64,000 nt of DNA from a virus: IMG/VR virus record IMGVR_UViG_3300046804_004848, positions 32,001 to 96,000 of that record, one strand, 5' to 3'. Position numbers and translations under genes: made by a program. Within the stretch, counting starts at the first letter, position 1. Each line of letters opens with the position of its first letter. This document shows positions 27,016 through 37,385 of this stretch, in pieces. Below the pieces are notes generated by a model. It was given only the letters and a program-made list of their open reading frames with translations, was not told the origin of the DNA and made no database searches.

Positions 27016-27546
27016 TTAATCCCATAGTGAACGATAATATTTTGCAAACAAATCCAATCCTTCTTGAATACGCTCTTGATATAAGGCGTATCCTTCTGCG
27101 TCAAAATAATGACTAGTAGGATCAGGATCAACCATCTGACTTAATTCTTCAACTTGATTGGTAACAGGATTTAACATGGTTTGACCTGTTTTAACAAATT
27201 TAAACCTAGGTACTTTACCATAATGGAAGGATTCTTCATTATCCCGTATAAGTTGACCAAATGACCATATCATTTTATCAAGAACTACGTCCCACTCTTT
27301 AATTTTTTCATTAAATGCCCAATCATATGATTCTTTGTAAAAATCAAAACATCCTTGGTCGTGCCAATCTTCCCCACCAACATGAGCAAAGTCAGCAGGA
27401 ATACCATGTTTTACCATGCGTAATTCCAACAAAGCAGGATAAATGATATATGCTAATGAAGTATCCAAACTCCATAAATCATGATTATCAATATGTACGG
27501 CAATTTTTCTACCTACTTTTAGGTATTTGGACATTTTAACTTTCAT
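27016..27546 (-). CDS. Conserved phage hypothetical protein
   Basis: DLWSLD..LA.II.P.L, W..VLDKMIWSF and RIQEGL.LF.KYY..LWD motifs. Confidence 0.65.
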   Translation of the reverse strand: MKVKMSKYLKVGRKIAVHIDNHDLWSLDTSLAYIIYPALLELRMVKHGIPADFAHVGGEDWHDQGCFDFYKESYDWAFNEKIKEWDVVLDKMIWSFGQLIRDNEESFHYGKVPRFKFVKTGQTMLNPVTNQVEELSQMVDPDPTSHYFDAEGYALYQERIQEGLDLFAKYYRSLWD

Positions 27547-27549
27547 AAT

Positions 27550-27933
27550 TTACTCTTTTACAGGTAAACATTCAAAATCATGGAATACAAACTTTTTACC
27601 GTCAACCACAATCATACCTACAAATTCGTTTTTAGTGTTGGTACAAAAGTTTTTTGCAGACTCATCAAGCGTAGAACCTTGGCAAACAAATTTATCATCT
27701 TCACAATTATAGAATAACATCAGTCCGTCTACGTGTTCAACACGCATGATACAGGCTGGCATGCTGACACGGGTAATTTTTTCTGATGATTCTCCATCTT
27801 GTGTTTTTGCTTTTAATTCTTGTTTAAGTAGTTCGGTAACACGTTTTTGTAGTATTCGCATACCAAACATCGTACCCATAAAAAAACAGACTGCGTATGA
27901 TGCTGCTAATATTAGTAGGTTAATTTCGTTCAT
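27550..27933 (-). CDS. Membrane-anchored hypothetical protein
   Basis: N-terminal TM; TATAAATA 5 nt upstream of the ATG. Confidence 0.6.
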   Translation of the reverse strand: MNEINLLILAASYAVCFFMGTMFGMRILQKRVTELLKQELKAKTQDGESSEKITRVSMPACIMRVEHVDGLMLFYNCEDDKFVCQGSTLDESAKNFCTNTKNEFVGMIVVDGKKFVFHDFECLPVKE

Positions 27934-28032
27934 GTTGGTATTTATAAAAAGAAAAGAACGGATTTTTAATAGATCCGTTCAAAACTATTTCAGGAGATAG
28001 AAATTGAGGGAGCATTGCACTCCCCATGTTGC

Positions 28033-28257
28033 TTAGACAGGTGCTTTAGTTGAGTAAACTGTAGCACGTCCGCTACGCTGAATTGCGTAGACTTGGAGAC
28101 CACCACGACGAACATCGCTAACGCTAGCACGTGGATTTGCCAATCCAAAACGTTGCTTGATTTGTGCTGCGGTAAAAGTCTTACCTGCACGAAGTTGCTC
28201 ACCCAAGCGAGCGGTTTTGGAAAGAACGGGTTTTGAAGCTTTAACAGTAGTTTTCAT
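28033..28257 (-). CDS. Basic (winged) helix-turn-helix DNA-binding protein
   Basis: G..FTAAQIKQRFGLANPRASVSDVR; start MKTT after AAAGGA; has its own sigma70 promoter. Confidence 0.6.
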   Translation of the reverse strand: MKTTVKASKPVLSKTARLGEQLRAGKTFTAAQIKQRFGLANPRASVSDVRRGGLQVYAIQRSGRATVYSTKAPV

Positions 28258-28302
28258 ATTTAAATTTCCTTTTAAAAAATCGTTGTTTAACAACGTATAG
28301 AG

Positions 28303-28331
28303 ATAATAACTTCTTTCGGCTCAATTGTCAA
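28303..28331 (-). promoter_or_regulatory. Sigma70 early promoter
   Basis: TTGACA-17-TATTAT. Confidence 0.7.
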
Positions 28332-28336
28332 TCAAT

Positions 28337-29176
28337 TTAGATAACTTCGTAATACTGAAGTGTCCACTGATCAGCAATTACCTCGTGACCAATGTAGCCA
28401 CGTGGGTTTGAAACTACACGGCAATTTCCTACCATGTAATCATTCTTAGCATGAACATGTCCATGCACCCACAATTTAATTTGTGGATTGTTTAAAATTT
28501 CATTGGATAAATCGCTAGCATATCCTCCATTTGTTAAGGTTTCACCAACATAATCAGGACTAATTGACTGAAAAGTAGGAGCATGGTGTGTTACCATAAT
28601 CACTTTATCATGTTTAAATTTGTCCCACTGCTCACTAAAATACTTCATACTTGCTAAATGCCGCTGTAAAGAATCAGCAATGCTTAATCTACGATACCCC
28701 TCTTTTTCATTTTTAATGATGCGGTAATCATTTAATACAGCTTCTACGTGAATTTTGGTAAGTGGATCTTGTTTATTAGCATCAGTCCACATGGATGCAC
28801 CAACAAACTTATATCCATCAATATCAACTGTGGTATCTTCCATAAAGGTAATATTTGGAAAATATTCTGCTTCATGCTTAAGTATGTCAAGGGTTTCAAA
28901 CCATTTACCATGATAAAACTCATGGTTACCTGCTACCCATAGTACATGTTTAAATTTAGTACTACATTCTTTTAAAAATTTACGATATGCTAGAACACGT
29001 TGATAACGATTAGACCATTGCTGTAGTGGAAGCACTGCATCATCACGTGCAAAATCTTTTAAGTCTTTGGCAACAAGAATATCTCCTGCTAATATCAATA
29101 CGTCTGCGTTTTGATCATTATCAAAGAATAAATCGCCAAACTCTAAGTGTGCATCACTAACTAACGCTATTTTCAT
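28337..29176 (-). CDS. Calcineurin-like metallophosphoesterase
   Basis: SDAHLE, LAGD, GNHEFY, THHAP and HGHVH motifs. Confidence 0.88.
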   Translation of the reverse strand: MKIALVSDAHLEFGDLFFDNDQNADVLILAGDILVAKDLKDFARDDAVLPLQQWSNRYQRVLAYRKFLKECSTKFKHVLWVAGNHEFYHGKWFETLDILKHEAEYFPNITFMEDTTVDIDGYKFVGASMWTDANKQDPLTKIHVEAVLNDYRIIKNEKEGYRRLSIADSLQRHLASMKYFSEQWDKFKHDKVIMVTHHAPTFQSISPDYVGETLTNGGYASDLSNEILNNPQIKLWVHGHVHAKNDYMVGNCRVVSNPRGYIGHEVIADQWTLQYYEVI

Positions 29177-29342
29177 GTTGTTTTTCCAAAATAGTAACCA
29201 TCCAACCTAAAGAATTTGTTGGACAGCTACTTATTTTAGTATCATTTACGTACCTTTGTACAGGCACAATATATCCAATTTCTTTAAGCAATTGGTAATC
29301 ATCACCTAATGCTACCTGTACTAACTGTTCTAACGCATTCAT
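29157..29342 (-). CDS. Hypothetical protein
   Basis: Coupled to both neighbours. Confidence 0.45.
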   Translation of the reverse strand: MNALEQLVQVALGDDYQLLKEIGYIVPVQRYVNDTKISSCPTNSLGWMVTILEKQHENSVS

Positions 29343-29653
29343 GCTTCTTCCAAATCAAGTAGGTTCACCTGGACATGCAACGAATGTGGATAAATCTTGT
29401 GACTAACCCAACGTGGTGCATCTGTTACAATACCAACCGCATTAGGATCAGATAATGCAATCTCTTGTAATGCGTTGATAATAGTATCACGATGATCTGC
29501 ATTTTGAATATTGAGCACATCACCAATGGTTGAAATATTACTAAAAGCAAACCGTGTACCATCTTGATGAATGAAGTCAAGACGATAAGAAATACGGTCT
29601 TTATTCTTCATTGAACGGTTATGAAGCTTTTCTTTCTTGATTACTTTATGCAT
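29339..29653 (-). CDS. Hypothetical protein
   Basis: Likely start MHKVIK after GGAG. Confidence 0.5.
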   Translation of the reverse strand: MHKVIKKEKLHNRSMKNKDRISYRLDFIHQDGTRFAFSNISTIGDVLNIQNADHRDTIINALQEIALSDPNAVGIVTDAPRWVSHKIYPHSLHVQVNLLDLEEA

Positions 29654-29831
29654 TTTCCAACTCCTGCGTGGATTGTGTAAGTGCTGCATCAATAATTGTA
29701 TAACGTACTTCCATATCATGCAAGTAATTTATATAGTCTGTCTCAGTAATACCACATAATTCTGCACGTTCAGCAGGACTCATTTCATACCAAATTGCGG
29801 TATTGTTTGCGTATCCGATTGGCATATTCAT
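29646..29831 (-). CDS. Hypothetical early protein
   Basis: AAGGAG SD and its own promoter. Confidence 0.6.
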   Translation of the reverse strand: MNMPIGYANNTAIWYEMSPAERAELCGITETDYINYLHDMEVRYTIIDAALTQSTQELENA

Positions 29832-29858
29832 TTACATCTCCTTATTGACTATAGGAGT

Positions 29859-29887
29859 AGTTTAGCAAATTAGGATAAACTTGTCAA
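29859..29887 (-). promoter_or_regulatory. Sigma70 early promoter with TATCCTAAT spacer motif
   Basis: TTGACA-agtttatcctaatttgc-TAAACT. Confidence 0.75.
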
Positions 29888-30087
29888 GTAGTTAATTGAA
29901 ATAACCTTTCTGCAGCTTCTTTTGGAAAAGATGATCCCCAATCTGCGATATATTGTTCATCAGCAGTTTTGTTTTCACCAAAACCCAACCCAATAAAGTA
30001 TTTGATACCTTCATAGGGCACATCAACCTTGACAACACCTATACACGCATCTTTATTAGTAAACCATGTTGAATTTAAAATTTTCAT
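29884..30087 (-). CDS. Hypothetical protein
   Basis: W....IGVV..IK.FIG.G.G..DEQ.IADWG.F motif. Confidence 0.6.
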   Translation of the reverse strand: MKILNSTWFTNKDACIGVVKVDVPYEGIKYFIGLGFGENKTADEQYIADWGSSFPKEAAERLFQLTT

Positions 30088-30217
30088 CTGTTAGCTTGCT
30101 CCTGTACAGTTTCTTTTACTTTTTCCACACTATTGTCTAGTAATCTTGCTACACCACTAAAACCAACTGTGGCAATAATAATTCCGAAAATAGTACCAAA
30201 TAGGAAGTTTTTCATGA

Positions 30218-30523
30218 TTAATTTCCTGCAGTAAGACGAACTAATTCAGTAGCAAGACTAGGTGTGTAGTGACGATAGCTACGGATTTTGCTATATTTAT
30301 TGGTATGTTTTTCTTTAAACTTAGGAGTGATTCCTACAGCTTTAAGGGCAGTAATATAAGTAGAAAAATCTAAATCTTCTTCAAGATAGGCATGATCGTT
30401 ACGAATGTAACTGTAGGTGGTAATTTTATTAAGAATTCCCAATTTACTAAGACGTGCAAGTGGAACTTTAACCCATCCGTGTCCAGGATCCGTGTAAATC
30501 GTGTCAATCAAAGTAGTCTTCAT
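30218..30523 (-). CDS. Hypothetical early protein
   Basis: TDPGHGWVKVP..YLEED motif; AGGAG SD. Confidence 0.65.
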   Translation of the reverse strand: MKTTLIDTIYTDPGHGWVKVPLARLSKLGILNKITTYSYIRNDHAYLEEDLDFSTYITALKAVGITPKFKEKHTNKYSKIRSYRHYTPSLATELVRLTAGN

Positions 30524-30552
30524 TTCTATCTCCTGTTAATCACTATAGACAT

Positions 30553-30581
30553 AGTATAGCAAATTAGGATATGTGTGTCAA
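30553..30581 (-). promoter_or_regulatory. Sigma70 early promoter with TATCCTAAT spacer motif
   Basis: TTGACA-cacatatcctaatttgc-TATACT. Confidence 0.8.
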
Positions 30582-30714
30582 GTTATTTTTGATTGTTGTG
30601 AAAATGATGATCTAGAATACGTGCAATTTTTTCAATACCATGAATAATACCCAAACCAATCACAGTTAAAACAAGTAATAAAATCCATTCTTGTAGCCAA
30701 CTCATATTATTCTC

Positions 30715-30915
30715 CTATAATTTACGGTTAGTGTCATATTTTAACATAGAAATTTCCCAATCATAGTACTCATCATCAGAAAGTGTTCGTTCACGAAACT
30801 TTTTACATAATGTTACATAATAAGAATATGTAAACTCGTTACCTGTTTTTTGGCTCACAGTATCGTTGTAATCAAACAACGCTTCTTGATTTATACTATA
30901 ATTATAAACAATCAC
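30715..30915 (-). CDS. Hypothetical protein
   Basis: ORF in operon context. Confidence 0.45.
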   Translation of the reverse strand: MIVYNYSINQEALFDYNDTVSQKTGNEFTYSYYVTLCKKFRERTLSDDEYYDWEISMLKYDTNRKL

Positions 30916-30916
30916 A

Positions 30917-31354
30917 TTAATCCCAATAAATGTAAATTCTTGTATTAGCGGATTTATTCCATCTTACTTTACATCCACTTTCTTTAATGATTGGAAGGAT
31001 ATCTATAAGATTTTGTAAACCTTTGTCATCACCACTAAAGCAAAATAAACTACCATTTGTTTGTTCAGGTTTGTGACATGGAAAGGTTGAGTAATCATCT
31101 TTGGTCATACCTTCAGGCAAAATATATTCATCTTTTTCTTCGTCATATTCACAGTCCATTGAACAATCTTGCTCATGATTAAATAAGACTTTTGATAAGT
31201 CTATACTTTGTCCCTTGAACACTCCTTCCTCATGTTGATAGGGAATTTCTTGCCATGCACATGTTTGGCAACATGGTAATGCCCAACCAACATACCAACC
31301 TTCTTTTTGTAAATTTTGTTGCAAATTTCTAAATGGATGCATAATATTCACCAA
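30917..31354 (-). CDS. Hypothetical protein with CCxxC motif
   Basis: PCCQTCAW motif. Confidence 0.6.
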   Translation of the reverse strand: MVNIMHPFRNLQQNLQKEGWYVGWALPCCQTCAWQEIPYQHEEGVFKGQSIDLSKVLFNHEQDCSMDCEYDEEKDEYILPEGMTKDDYSTFPCHKPEQTNGSLFCFSGDDKGLQNLIDILPIIKESGCKVRWNKSANTRIYIYWD

Positions 31355-31758
31355 CTTGAGTTATAAAAAACTTTTAAACCAATAATAAGTTCAGCTTTGG
31401 CATCAGCAATAAACTGCAAATCTTGGTTACGATAATAATCATCTTTTGGGGTACCAAAGAAAAATCCTTCTATTTCAAGGGATTTTACATATCCGTTCTT
31501 AATGTCTCGTTCTAAATGGTTAAGATCATCCCATGTTAATTCAAGTTCAATCCCATTAAAACTTGAACCCCATGAACGATCAGAATTTGGGTCAGGTGTA
31601 CCACCTTTTTGTAACCAAAGTTTTTCCATCCACCCTTGTAAATTAGGGTGTTTACGCCAATAAGCTAATTCACGTGGTTTAGCAACATTTTTGTTTTCAT
31701 AGTATGCGTCATAATCACCTTGATTGGCAGACACGTATGCGTACTGATCTAATCCCAT
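31348..31758 (-). CDS. Conserved phage hypothetical protein
   Basis: Start MGLDQY; YWRKHPNLQGWM, GFFFG and VFYNSSW motifs. Confidence 0.7.
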   Translation of the reverse strand: MGLDQYAYVSANQGDYDAYYENKNVAKPRELAYWRKHPNLQGWMEKLWLQKGGTPDPNSDRSWGSSFNGIELELTWDDLNHLERDIKNGYVKSLEIEGFFFGTPKDDYYRNQDLQFIADAKAELIIGLKVFYNSSW

Positions 31759-31941
31759 GTTTTGCTCCGAATTGTAACGTTTAAACTTCATTCTTTAATT
31801 GTTTTTTACTGCAATCATACATCATACTACGTATGACTATGTTTTTATTTAAATCACATTCTAACATAAATTTTTGCTGTGCGTACATTGAACCAAGTAC
31901 ACTACCAAAAATAAATCCGATACCTGCTACAAGTGTTTTAC

Positions 31942-32160
31942 TCATGTTGTTTTTAATATTTCAAAAGTTTTACGTGCACCATAGTTAATATGATAATCAG
32001 CTTCTTCATAATCTAGGTAAAAGTCACTATCACGGTCATAGTATTGTCCTGCAGTAGGATCATAATACAACACTTTACCTGATTCATACATAAAAGGTCC
32101 TTCAAGACCTTTCATTTTAGTATAGCGAGCGGGAATTGAGGGAATAATTTTGTAACCCAT
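31942..32160 (-). CDS. Hypothetical early protein
   Basis: GLEGPF..GKVLYYDP..GQYYD motif; AGGAGG SD. Confidence 0.65.
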   Translation of the reverse strand: MGYKIIPSIPARYTKMKGLEGPFMYESGKVLYYDPTAGQYYDRDSDFYLDYEEADYHINYGARKTFEILKTT

Positions 32161-32186
32161 ACAACCTCCTGTGTTATGACAAGATC

Positions 32187-32215
32187 AGTATATGATAAGT
32201 TTTATAGTTTGTCAA
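32187..32215 (-). promoter_or_regulatory. Sigma70 early promoter
   Basis: TTGACA-17-TATACT. Confidence 0.75.
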
Positions 32216-32421
32216 ACCCAATATAAACTAAAATTAAGCAAATCAGATTCTTGTTGGAAGGATACAACACGTTCATTAAAGTTAAATCCTTGTCTCCAAG
32301 TATACGGACCAACACAATATTGTTTTAACCAATTTAAAATTTCTTGTATATTATCTTTGTTCTGCACAACAATTTTCGTAACATGCATATAAGTAATACC
32401 TGGTTTGATGATTTCGTACAT
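32212..32421 (-). CDS. LRW-family small protein (dispersed copy)
   Basis: ILNWLKQYC.G..W..VSFQQESDLLNFSLYWV. Confidence 0.65.
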   Translation of the reverse strand: MYEIIKPGITYMHVTKIVVQNKDNIQEILNWLKQYCVGPYTWRQGFNFNERVVSFQQESDLLNFSLYWV

Positions 32422-32423
32422 AG

Positions 32424-32452
32424 ATTATACATATTTATGTACCTATTGTCAA
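32424..32452 (-). promoter_or_regulatory. Sigma70 promoter
   Basis: TTGACA-17-TATAAT (perfect consensus). Confidence 0.7.
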
Positions 32453-32456
32453 GTAG

Positions 32457-33239
32457 TTACGTAGCCCATTTCAAACTAAACATAGTTGCATGTTCATCAT
32501 TATCAAAACTGAACCCTACGGTGTGATACATGTCAGGTTTACATAGTAACTCATAAGATAACTTACTACCTTGTAACCAAGTAACCATATCATTAAAATA
32601 TGCCATACTTGGTAATTCTACAAAGACATAATGTTTTGTTGGTGGATTTATTACGTTAGCTATAATATTATCTTTTTTATTTGTAAGCGTAATAGATGCT
32701 CCGTTGTTCCACGTCATAATACAAGTACTATAAGGTAAACTGTAGGTAGTTTCTATAATGTTTTCTTCACATTCACTCCATAGAAAATCTTGTGCATCAA
32801 CATCAAAATCATTATATTTCTCATCATTTGGATCAACAGGGTATCCATTAAGTTCTCTAACAATTTCTTCTAAATCAACATCACTAATCCACTCCCAACC
32901 TTTACCATCTGCATCTTCATTACATAAATCAAGCAAAAAATCTTTATCATGTATGGTAAAGTAAAGTTGAGTATCACTTGTACGATTCTCACACATTGAC
33001 AGTGCTATGGCACAAACTGAGTCTGAATCCCAATAATTATAGTAATCTAATTCATTTAAGCTACCGCTTTTTTGTTGAATATAAATCCAACCTTTAGATT
33101 CTTCGTTAGATTGACCTACGACTTTATCATGATAAGTCCATTCACTTATTTCTGAAATCCAACCTGTTACCCCAATTTCTTTAGGTAACCCATAAAGATC
33201 AATAAATTTTTTAACTTGCTTATATGCTTTAGTGTTCAT
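32457..33239 (-). CDS. Acidic protein with C-terminal LRW-family domain
   Basis: Ends MVTWLQG..GFSFDNDEHATMFSLKWAT. Confidence 0.65.
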   Translation of the reverse strand: MNTKAYKQVKKFIDLYGLPKEIGVTGWISEISEWTYHDKVVGQSNEESKGWIYIQQKSGSLNELDYYNYWDSDSVCAIALSMCENRTSDTQLYFTIHDKDFLLDLCNEDADGKGWEWISDVDLEEIVRELNGYPVDPNDEKYNDFDVDAQDFLWSECEENIIETTYSLPYSTCIMTWNNGASITLTNKKDNIIANVINPPTKHYVFVELPSMAYFNDMVTWLQGSKLSYELLCKPDMYHTVGFSFDNDEHATMFSLKWAT

Positions 33240-33948
33240 TTTTCTTAAACCATTTTACAAAATTGCTATAGGATTTGACAAAAGTAAGGGTTCTTGTATC
33301 CTTTCCAACCCATTCATCCTTTGATATAACTTTTGTTTTTATATCAAAAAACGTGTCACTTGTGCTAATATATTGGACTAATGGAAAACCCGCAGGAATA
33401 AAAATTCTATATGGTTCGGGTTTGTGCTTAAACAAAATAAACACATTAGTGGTGTGACTGTAATAAAAATCAAGAAACCCAGGCATCACCGTGTAATTAA
33501 CTATGCCATGATGGTGATAAAATGGAGCAGTAGCATAAAAATTTGTAGGTTTTGATGCTTCTGCAACCCAAGGTGATTGTAATTTTAAGTGACTATACTC
33601 AGGGGCAAACTCACCAAATTGTTTACTATCATGGATGGTTCCACTTGAATTATTATGTGAAAAAAGATAGTTAAACGATTTATCAGGGTAAACATCTATA
33701 ACCAAATCGCACCACATAGGTAAAATTATACCATTTGTTAGCGTGTTTTTAATACCTGCACAACTCCTAACCGTTGGTGAATCCACCTCAATATTATAAT
33801 CCTGTTCTATTCTTTTATAAACAGGTTTTAATTTTTCAAACCATGATGGATAACATTTTGAGGTGTTTATTGGTGGTAATGCTTGGCTAATAATTCTATT
33901 TTCTTGTGTGCAAGAAAATGTTATACTAGTTTTTTTCTTAACAAACAT
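33229..33948 (-). CDS. Hypothetical protein, possibly dUTPase-like beta fold
   Basis: TVRSCAGI, GIILPMWCD, LKLQSPW, PGFLD and IPAGFPLVQ motifs. Confidence 0.5.
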   Translation of the reverse strand: MFVKKKTSITFSCTQENRIISQALPPINTSKCYPSWFEKLKPVYKRIEQDYNIEVDSPTVRSCAGIKNTLTNGIILPMWCDLVIDVYPDKSFNYLFSHNNSSGTIHDSKQFGEFAPEYSHLKLQSPWVAEASKPTNFYATAPFYHHHGIVNYTVMPGFLDFYYSHTTNVFILFKHKPEPYRIFIPAGFPLVQYISTSDTFFDIKTKVISKDEWVGKDTRTLTFVKSYSNFVKWFKKNEH

Positions 33949-34481
33949 TACTTTTTAGTGTTAGCAAAAGGCCATGCATTTGGATTATTCTGCACAGGGT
34001 CTCCATCCTCATCTTCTTCAGTATCAGGATAATACTCTTCCAAAATATAATCTACAACATCCATGAGTACATCTTCACCCATTTCACTATCTAAGTCAAA
34101 AGTATTAACAAAATCCCATGATTCATTGTTTACATCATACCAAGCAAAAATACAAACTTCTTCTTTTGGACGATGTAAAATTAAATTCCAAGCAAAATCA
34201 TGTTCGGGAAATTCTCCTTCTTTACTATCTTTGTGGATAAAAATTGCATAACAACGCATATCTTTATTACCACCTTCCTCATAAACATACTCACCATCTT
34301 CATCTTCAGTTTCAAGATCACCGTATTGTTCAAAGATGCATTTGATGCCTGGGGTGTCGCTATAGTCAGTACCACGTTCCCATCCATCGTAATCATCAGG
34401 ATAAAACATATCATCAACCACATGTTGAAGTAATTTTTCAAGTCGCTCTAGTTGATCATCTTCAAGTTGCATAGTCATCAT
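33948..34481 (-). CDS. Highly acidic hypothetical protein
   Basis: Asp/Glu-rich; ends NPNAWPF. Confidence 0.6.
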   Translation of the reverse strand: MMTMQLEDDQLERLEKLLQHVVDDMFYPDDYDGWERGTDYSDTPGIKCIFEQYGDLETEDEDGEYVYEEGGNKDMRCYAIFIHKDSKEGEFPEHDFAWNLILHRPKEEVCIFAWYDVNNESWDFVNTFDLDSEMGEDVLMDVVDYILEEYYPDTEEDEDGDPVQNNPNAWPFANTKK

Positions 34482-35536
34482 TTTTCTCCTATATATTCAT
34501 GTGACCAACACTCTCTATTAGCATGTGCAAGTAACGACTCAACAGAAAGCATTTGTTTATCATGCTGTGTACCACTTAACAAATAATCTTTGCGTTTCAT
34601 CTTGTTCTTACTTGTAGGTTTCCATAGAGGAGAGTTATCTCTATAACCACCCATTCTTGGATTAGCAGTTTTGCTAAAATAACGTTTACCTTGTTGTACG
34701 TGCATTTTAGCTATTGCATCACTAAATCTTACACCAATTCCTAATCCTTGAAAATCAGGTAAGATAACTGTGCGGTGTCCACGATAAGCATTTTTTAATG
34801 TTCCGCTAGGTTGTGGCAATACAGCAGCAAATCCTATGATAACATCATTCCATACTGCTGCCCAACATTTAGATGATTTATTCATGCTTCCACTTAAATA
34901 GTGATGTGGAGCGAAGGCTGTCCACAATTTTCTGTCAGCAGGTATGATTTCCAAAGTGATTGTTGGACGTTGCCGAAGTAACCCCCTTGTGAGTTCGCCC
35001 GTTGCGGTATCAAATACCCAATCAGGACGAAGCCACTCAACAATATCATAATGACATGTAGCAAACGTTACCTTTTGCAAACCCTCTGCTCTGATATAAC
35101 GATTAATCGCATTACTTAAACTTTTTGCTACATTGCGATCAACCACACTAGTAAATTCATCAATAACTGCACCACTTTGTAGCTGCCTAGCCATATCAGC
35201 ACGATGTTGTTCACCATTACTGCACACATGATATGGTCTACATAATGTGGGAATACTATTTAAACCAACCGCATGTAACTCATCTAAGCGATTAAAATGA
35301 CTACAGATTGCTTTATTTTTATCCCACTGTGGTATTTCAATATTTCCAATAGTTTTTAAGATACTAGATTTGCCACTGCCACTCGGACCGACAATCAACC
35401 CGATTTGATAATCAGTAGGTATGATAAATTGTGGAACTTCAAAGGTTGAAACACCTGTAAATTCATAATCAAAAGCAGTACTAACTGCTTTGACCATATC
35501 ATCAACAACTACTGTGGATGTAAGTATATTAGACAT
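34478..35536 (-). CDS. Soluble ABC-type ATPase fused to a GNAT acetyltransferase
   Basis: [21 protein letters not shown] and ATCH motifs; then [14 protein letters not shown] acetyl-CoA motif; start MSNIL. Confidence 0.8.
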   Translation of the reverse strand: MSNILTSTVVVDDMVKAVSTAFDYEFTGVSTFEVPQFIIPTDYQIGLIVGPSGSGKSSILKTIGNIEIPQWDKNKAICSHFNRLDELHAVGLNSIPTLCRPYHVCSNGEQHRADMARQLQSGAVIDEFTSVVDRNVAKSLSNAINRYIRAEGLQKVTFATCHYDIVEWLRPDWVFDTATGELTRGLLRQRPTITLEIIPADRKLWTAFAPHHYLSGSMNKSSKCWAAVWNDVIIGFAAVLPQPSGTLKNAYRGHRTVILPDFQGLGIGVRFSDAIAKMHVQQGKRYFSKTANPRMGGYRDNSPLWKPTSKNKMKRKDYLLSGTQHDKQMLSVESLLAHANRECWSHEYIGEK

Positions 35537-36125
35537 TTTCACGTTTCGCAATAATTTTATCAACTAACCCATAATTAATTGCTTCTTGTGCTGACATAAA
35601 CTTATCACGATCCATATCATGTTTAAAGTCATCATATGTTTTACCTGCGGTATTATGTTTTACATATAATTCAGTTAACATGTGTTTCATTTTAAGTATT
35701 TCTTTTAATGAAATTTCCATATCACTTACCATACCACGTGCTCCACCACTAGGTTGGTGAATCATATGACGTGCGTGTGGAAGTATATACCGTTTACCCG
35801 CTGCACCTGCTTGTGCTAAAAATGAACCCATACTGCATGCTTGACCCATAACGATAGTAGATACATCAGGTTTAATAAACTGCATGGTATCGTATATGCT
35901 CATACCATCGGTGACAGAACCGCCTGGGCTGTTGATGTAAAAACTAATATCCTTATCAGTATCTTCACTTTCTAAAAAAAGTAATTGTGCAACAATTAAA
36001 TTTGCACTAATTTCATTTACTTCACCATTTAAAATGACCACACGATCACGCAGTAATCTGCTGTATATGTCATAACTACGTTCACCACGACTAGTTTGTT
36101 CAACAACGATAGGTACTAAACTCAT
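35529..36125 (-). CDS. clpP: ATP-dependent Clp protease proteolytic subunit
   Basis: [26 protein letters not shown] and DRD motifs. Confidence 0.97.
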   Translation of the reverse strand: MSLVPIVVEQTSRGERSYDIYSRLLRDRVVILNGEVNEISANLIVAQLLFLESEDTDKDISFYINSPGGSVTDGMSIYDTMQFIKPDVSTIVMGQACSMGSFLAQAGAAGKRYILPHARHMIHQPSGGARGMVSDMEISLKEILKMKHMLTELYVKHNTAGKTYDDFKHDMDRDKFMSAQEAINYGLVDKIIAKRENV

Positions 36126-36724
36126 GCTTTTTCCTTTTTAGATTTCTTGTCTTTTTTGTCTTTCTTAACCTTTTTATCTTCTTTTCTGCACTTTAGAGCA
36201 GCTTTGACTGAATCCCATATATCTACATTAAACTTTCCATACTCTGCTAAAGTATCAGGTTGATTACCAAATTTTGATAAACTGATAGGTGAAGGAACAA
36301 AATCTTGTGCCACTAAATAAAAATCAACATCCCAATCATAGGCTAGTGTTGAATTAGAGTAACCATTTTGGATAAAGTGATCATTTGCTTTTTTGTTAAG
36401 AAGTATTAAACCATCTAGAGTAACTGCGGTTTGATGGGTAGGGTCGCTAAAAAAAGCAGTGCTAAAATGGTATGGGAAAGCAAGTTCAACAACCGCATCA
36501 TGTTTACATATTCTATACATTTCTTTCCATGCATTTTTATAACCTGATTTAGACAAATGTTCTAATACATGATGAGCAACAATATGTTCAATAGAATTAT
36601 CTTCAAAAGGCCAATTTGCTTGTTCTAAATCTAATTGTATATCAGTCTTAACAAGGGTACTAACATCAACGTTTATAAAACCATCTATATATTTGTTACC
36701 ACATCCCAAATTAATCTTTTTCAT
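36122..36724 (-). CDS. Class I SAM-dependent methyltransferase-like protein
   Basis: NLGCG, WPFEDNS, HVLEH and DPTH motifs. Confidence 0.8.
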   Translation of the reverse strand: MKKINLGCGNKYIDGFINVDVSTLVKTDIQLDLEQANWPFEDNSIEHIVAHHVLEHLSKSGYKNAWKEMYRICKHDAVVELAFPYHFSTAFFSDPTHQTAVTLDGLILLNKKANDHFIQNGYSNSTLAYDWDVDFYLVAQDFVPSPISLSKFGNQPDTLAEYGKFNVDIWDSVKAALKCRKEDKKVKKDKKDKKSKKEKA

Positions 36725-37197
36725 TCTTCAACCTCTATCCATGTATAATCACCTAACCATTTAACTTTAGTAATATACTCATAATGTGCGGGTACACCCG
36801 TTGACCAATCTTTAGGACCAAGCAACGATAGACGTGTTTTTTGTATCTGACTATCAAACAATAACCAATATGTTTGACCGTGAGCTATTTGAAACCTATA
36901 TTCTGCTGCGTGAACCCAATCTGTAATATCTAACCTACGTTTAATTTGTGCTGCTTGATCTTGTAAAACATTTACAAGTTGCATAATCCTATCATATTCT
37001 TGCTGAGCATGCAACCTTGCAACGTTAAGCATAATATCTTTTTGTTGCGTAATGGGAACAAGGTCAAACTTTGGCGCACTAACTTCAACAGGATATTCTG
37101 TTACATTTCTATTGATAAAAATCGCAGGTAAACCTCCAATTTCAGAATCGTAACTTGTTCTACCCTTCATTGAGTTGGGTTTTTTATCTTCAGACAT
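36721..37197 (-). CDS. Hypothetical protein, DUF2452-like
   Basis: HAQQEYDRI coiled coil; A.Y.F....GQTYWL and LS..P.DW motifs. Confidence 0.55.
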   Translation of the reverse strand: MSEDKKPNSMKGRTSYDSEIGGLPAIFINRNVTEYPVEVSAPKFDLVPITQQKDIMLNVARLHAQQEYDRIMQLVNVLQDQAAQIKRRLDITDWVHAAEYRFQIAHGQTYWLLFDSQIQKTRLSLLGPKDWSTGVPAHYEYITKVKWLGDYTWIEVEE

Positions 37198-37385
37198 GGT
37201 ATATTATATCGTATAATTGTTTAGAAACAATCATAAACTTATCCAATTATATGATTTTTTGCTCATATTTTGGTGGTAAAGGAGCATCCATAAGTTAAAC
37301 AATCTTAGAATTTTTCACAGTTATATTTACCAAAATAAAAAGCCGTAGATAATTTGGTTAAATACTATACTAAGGAGATATTAAA

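Noticed and set aside
27950-28030. tRNA in the hairpin-containing intergenic region
   Set aside because: Two simple hairpins with no cloverleaf or T-loop; more likely terminators. No tRNA was recognised elsewhere by eye.
34478-35536. ABC transporter such as PstB
   Set aside because: No permease nearby and the ATPase is fused to a GNAT domain.
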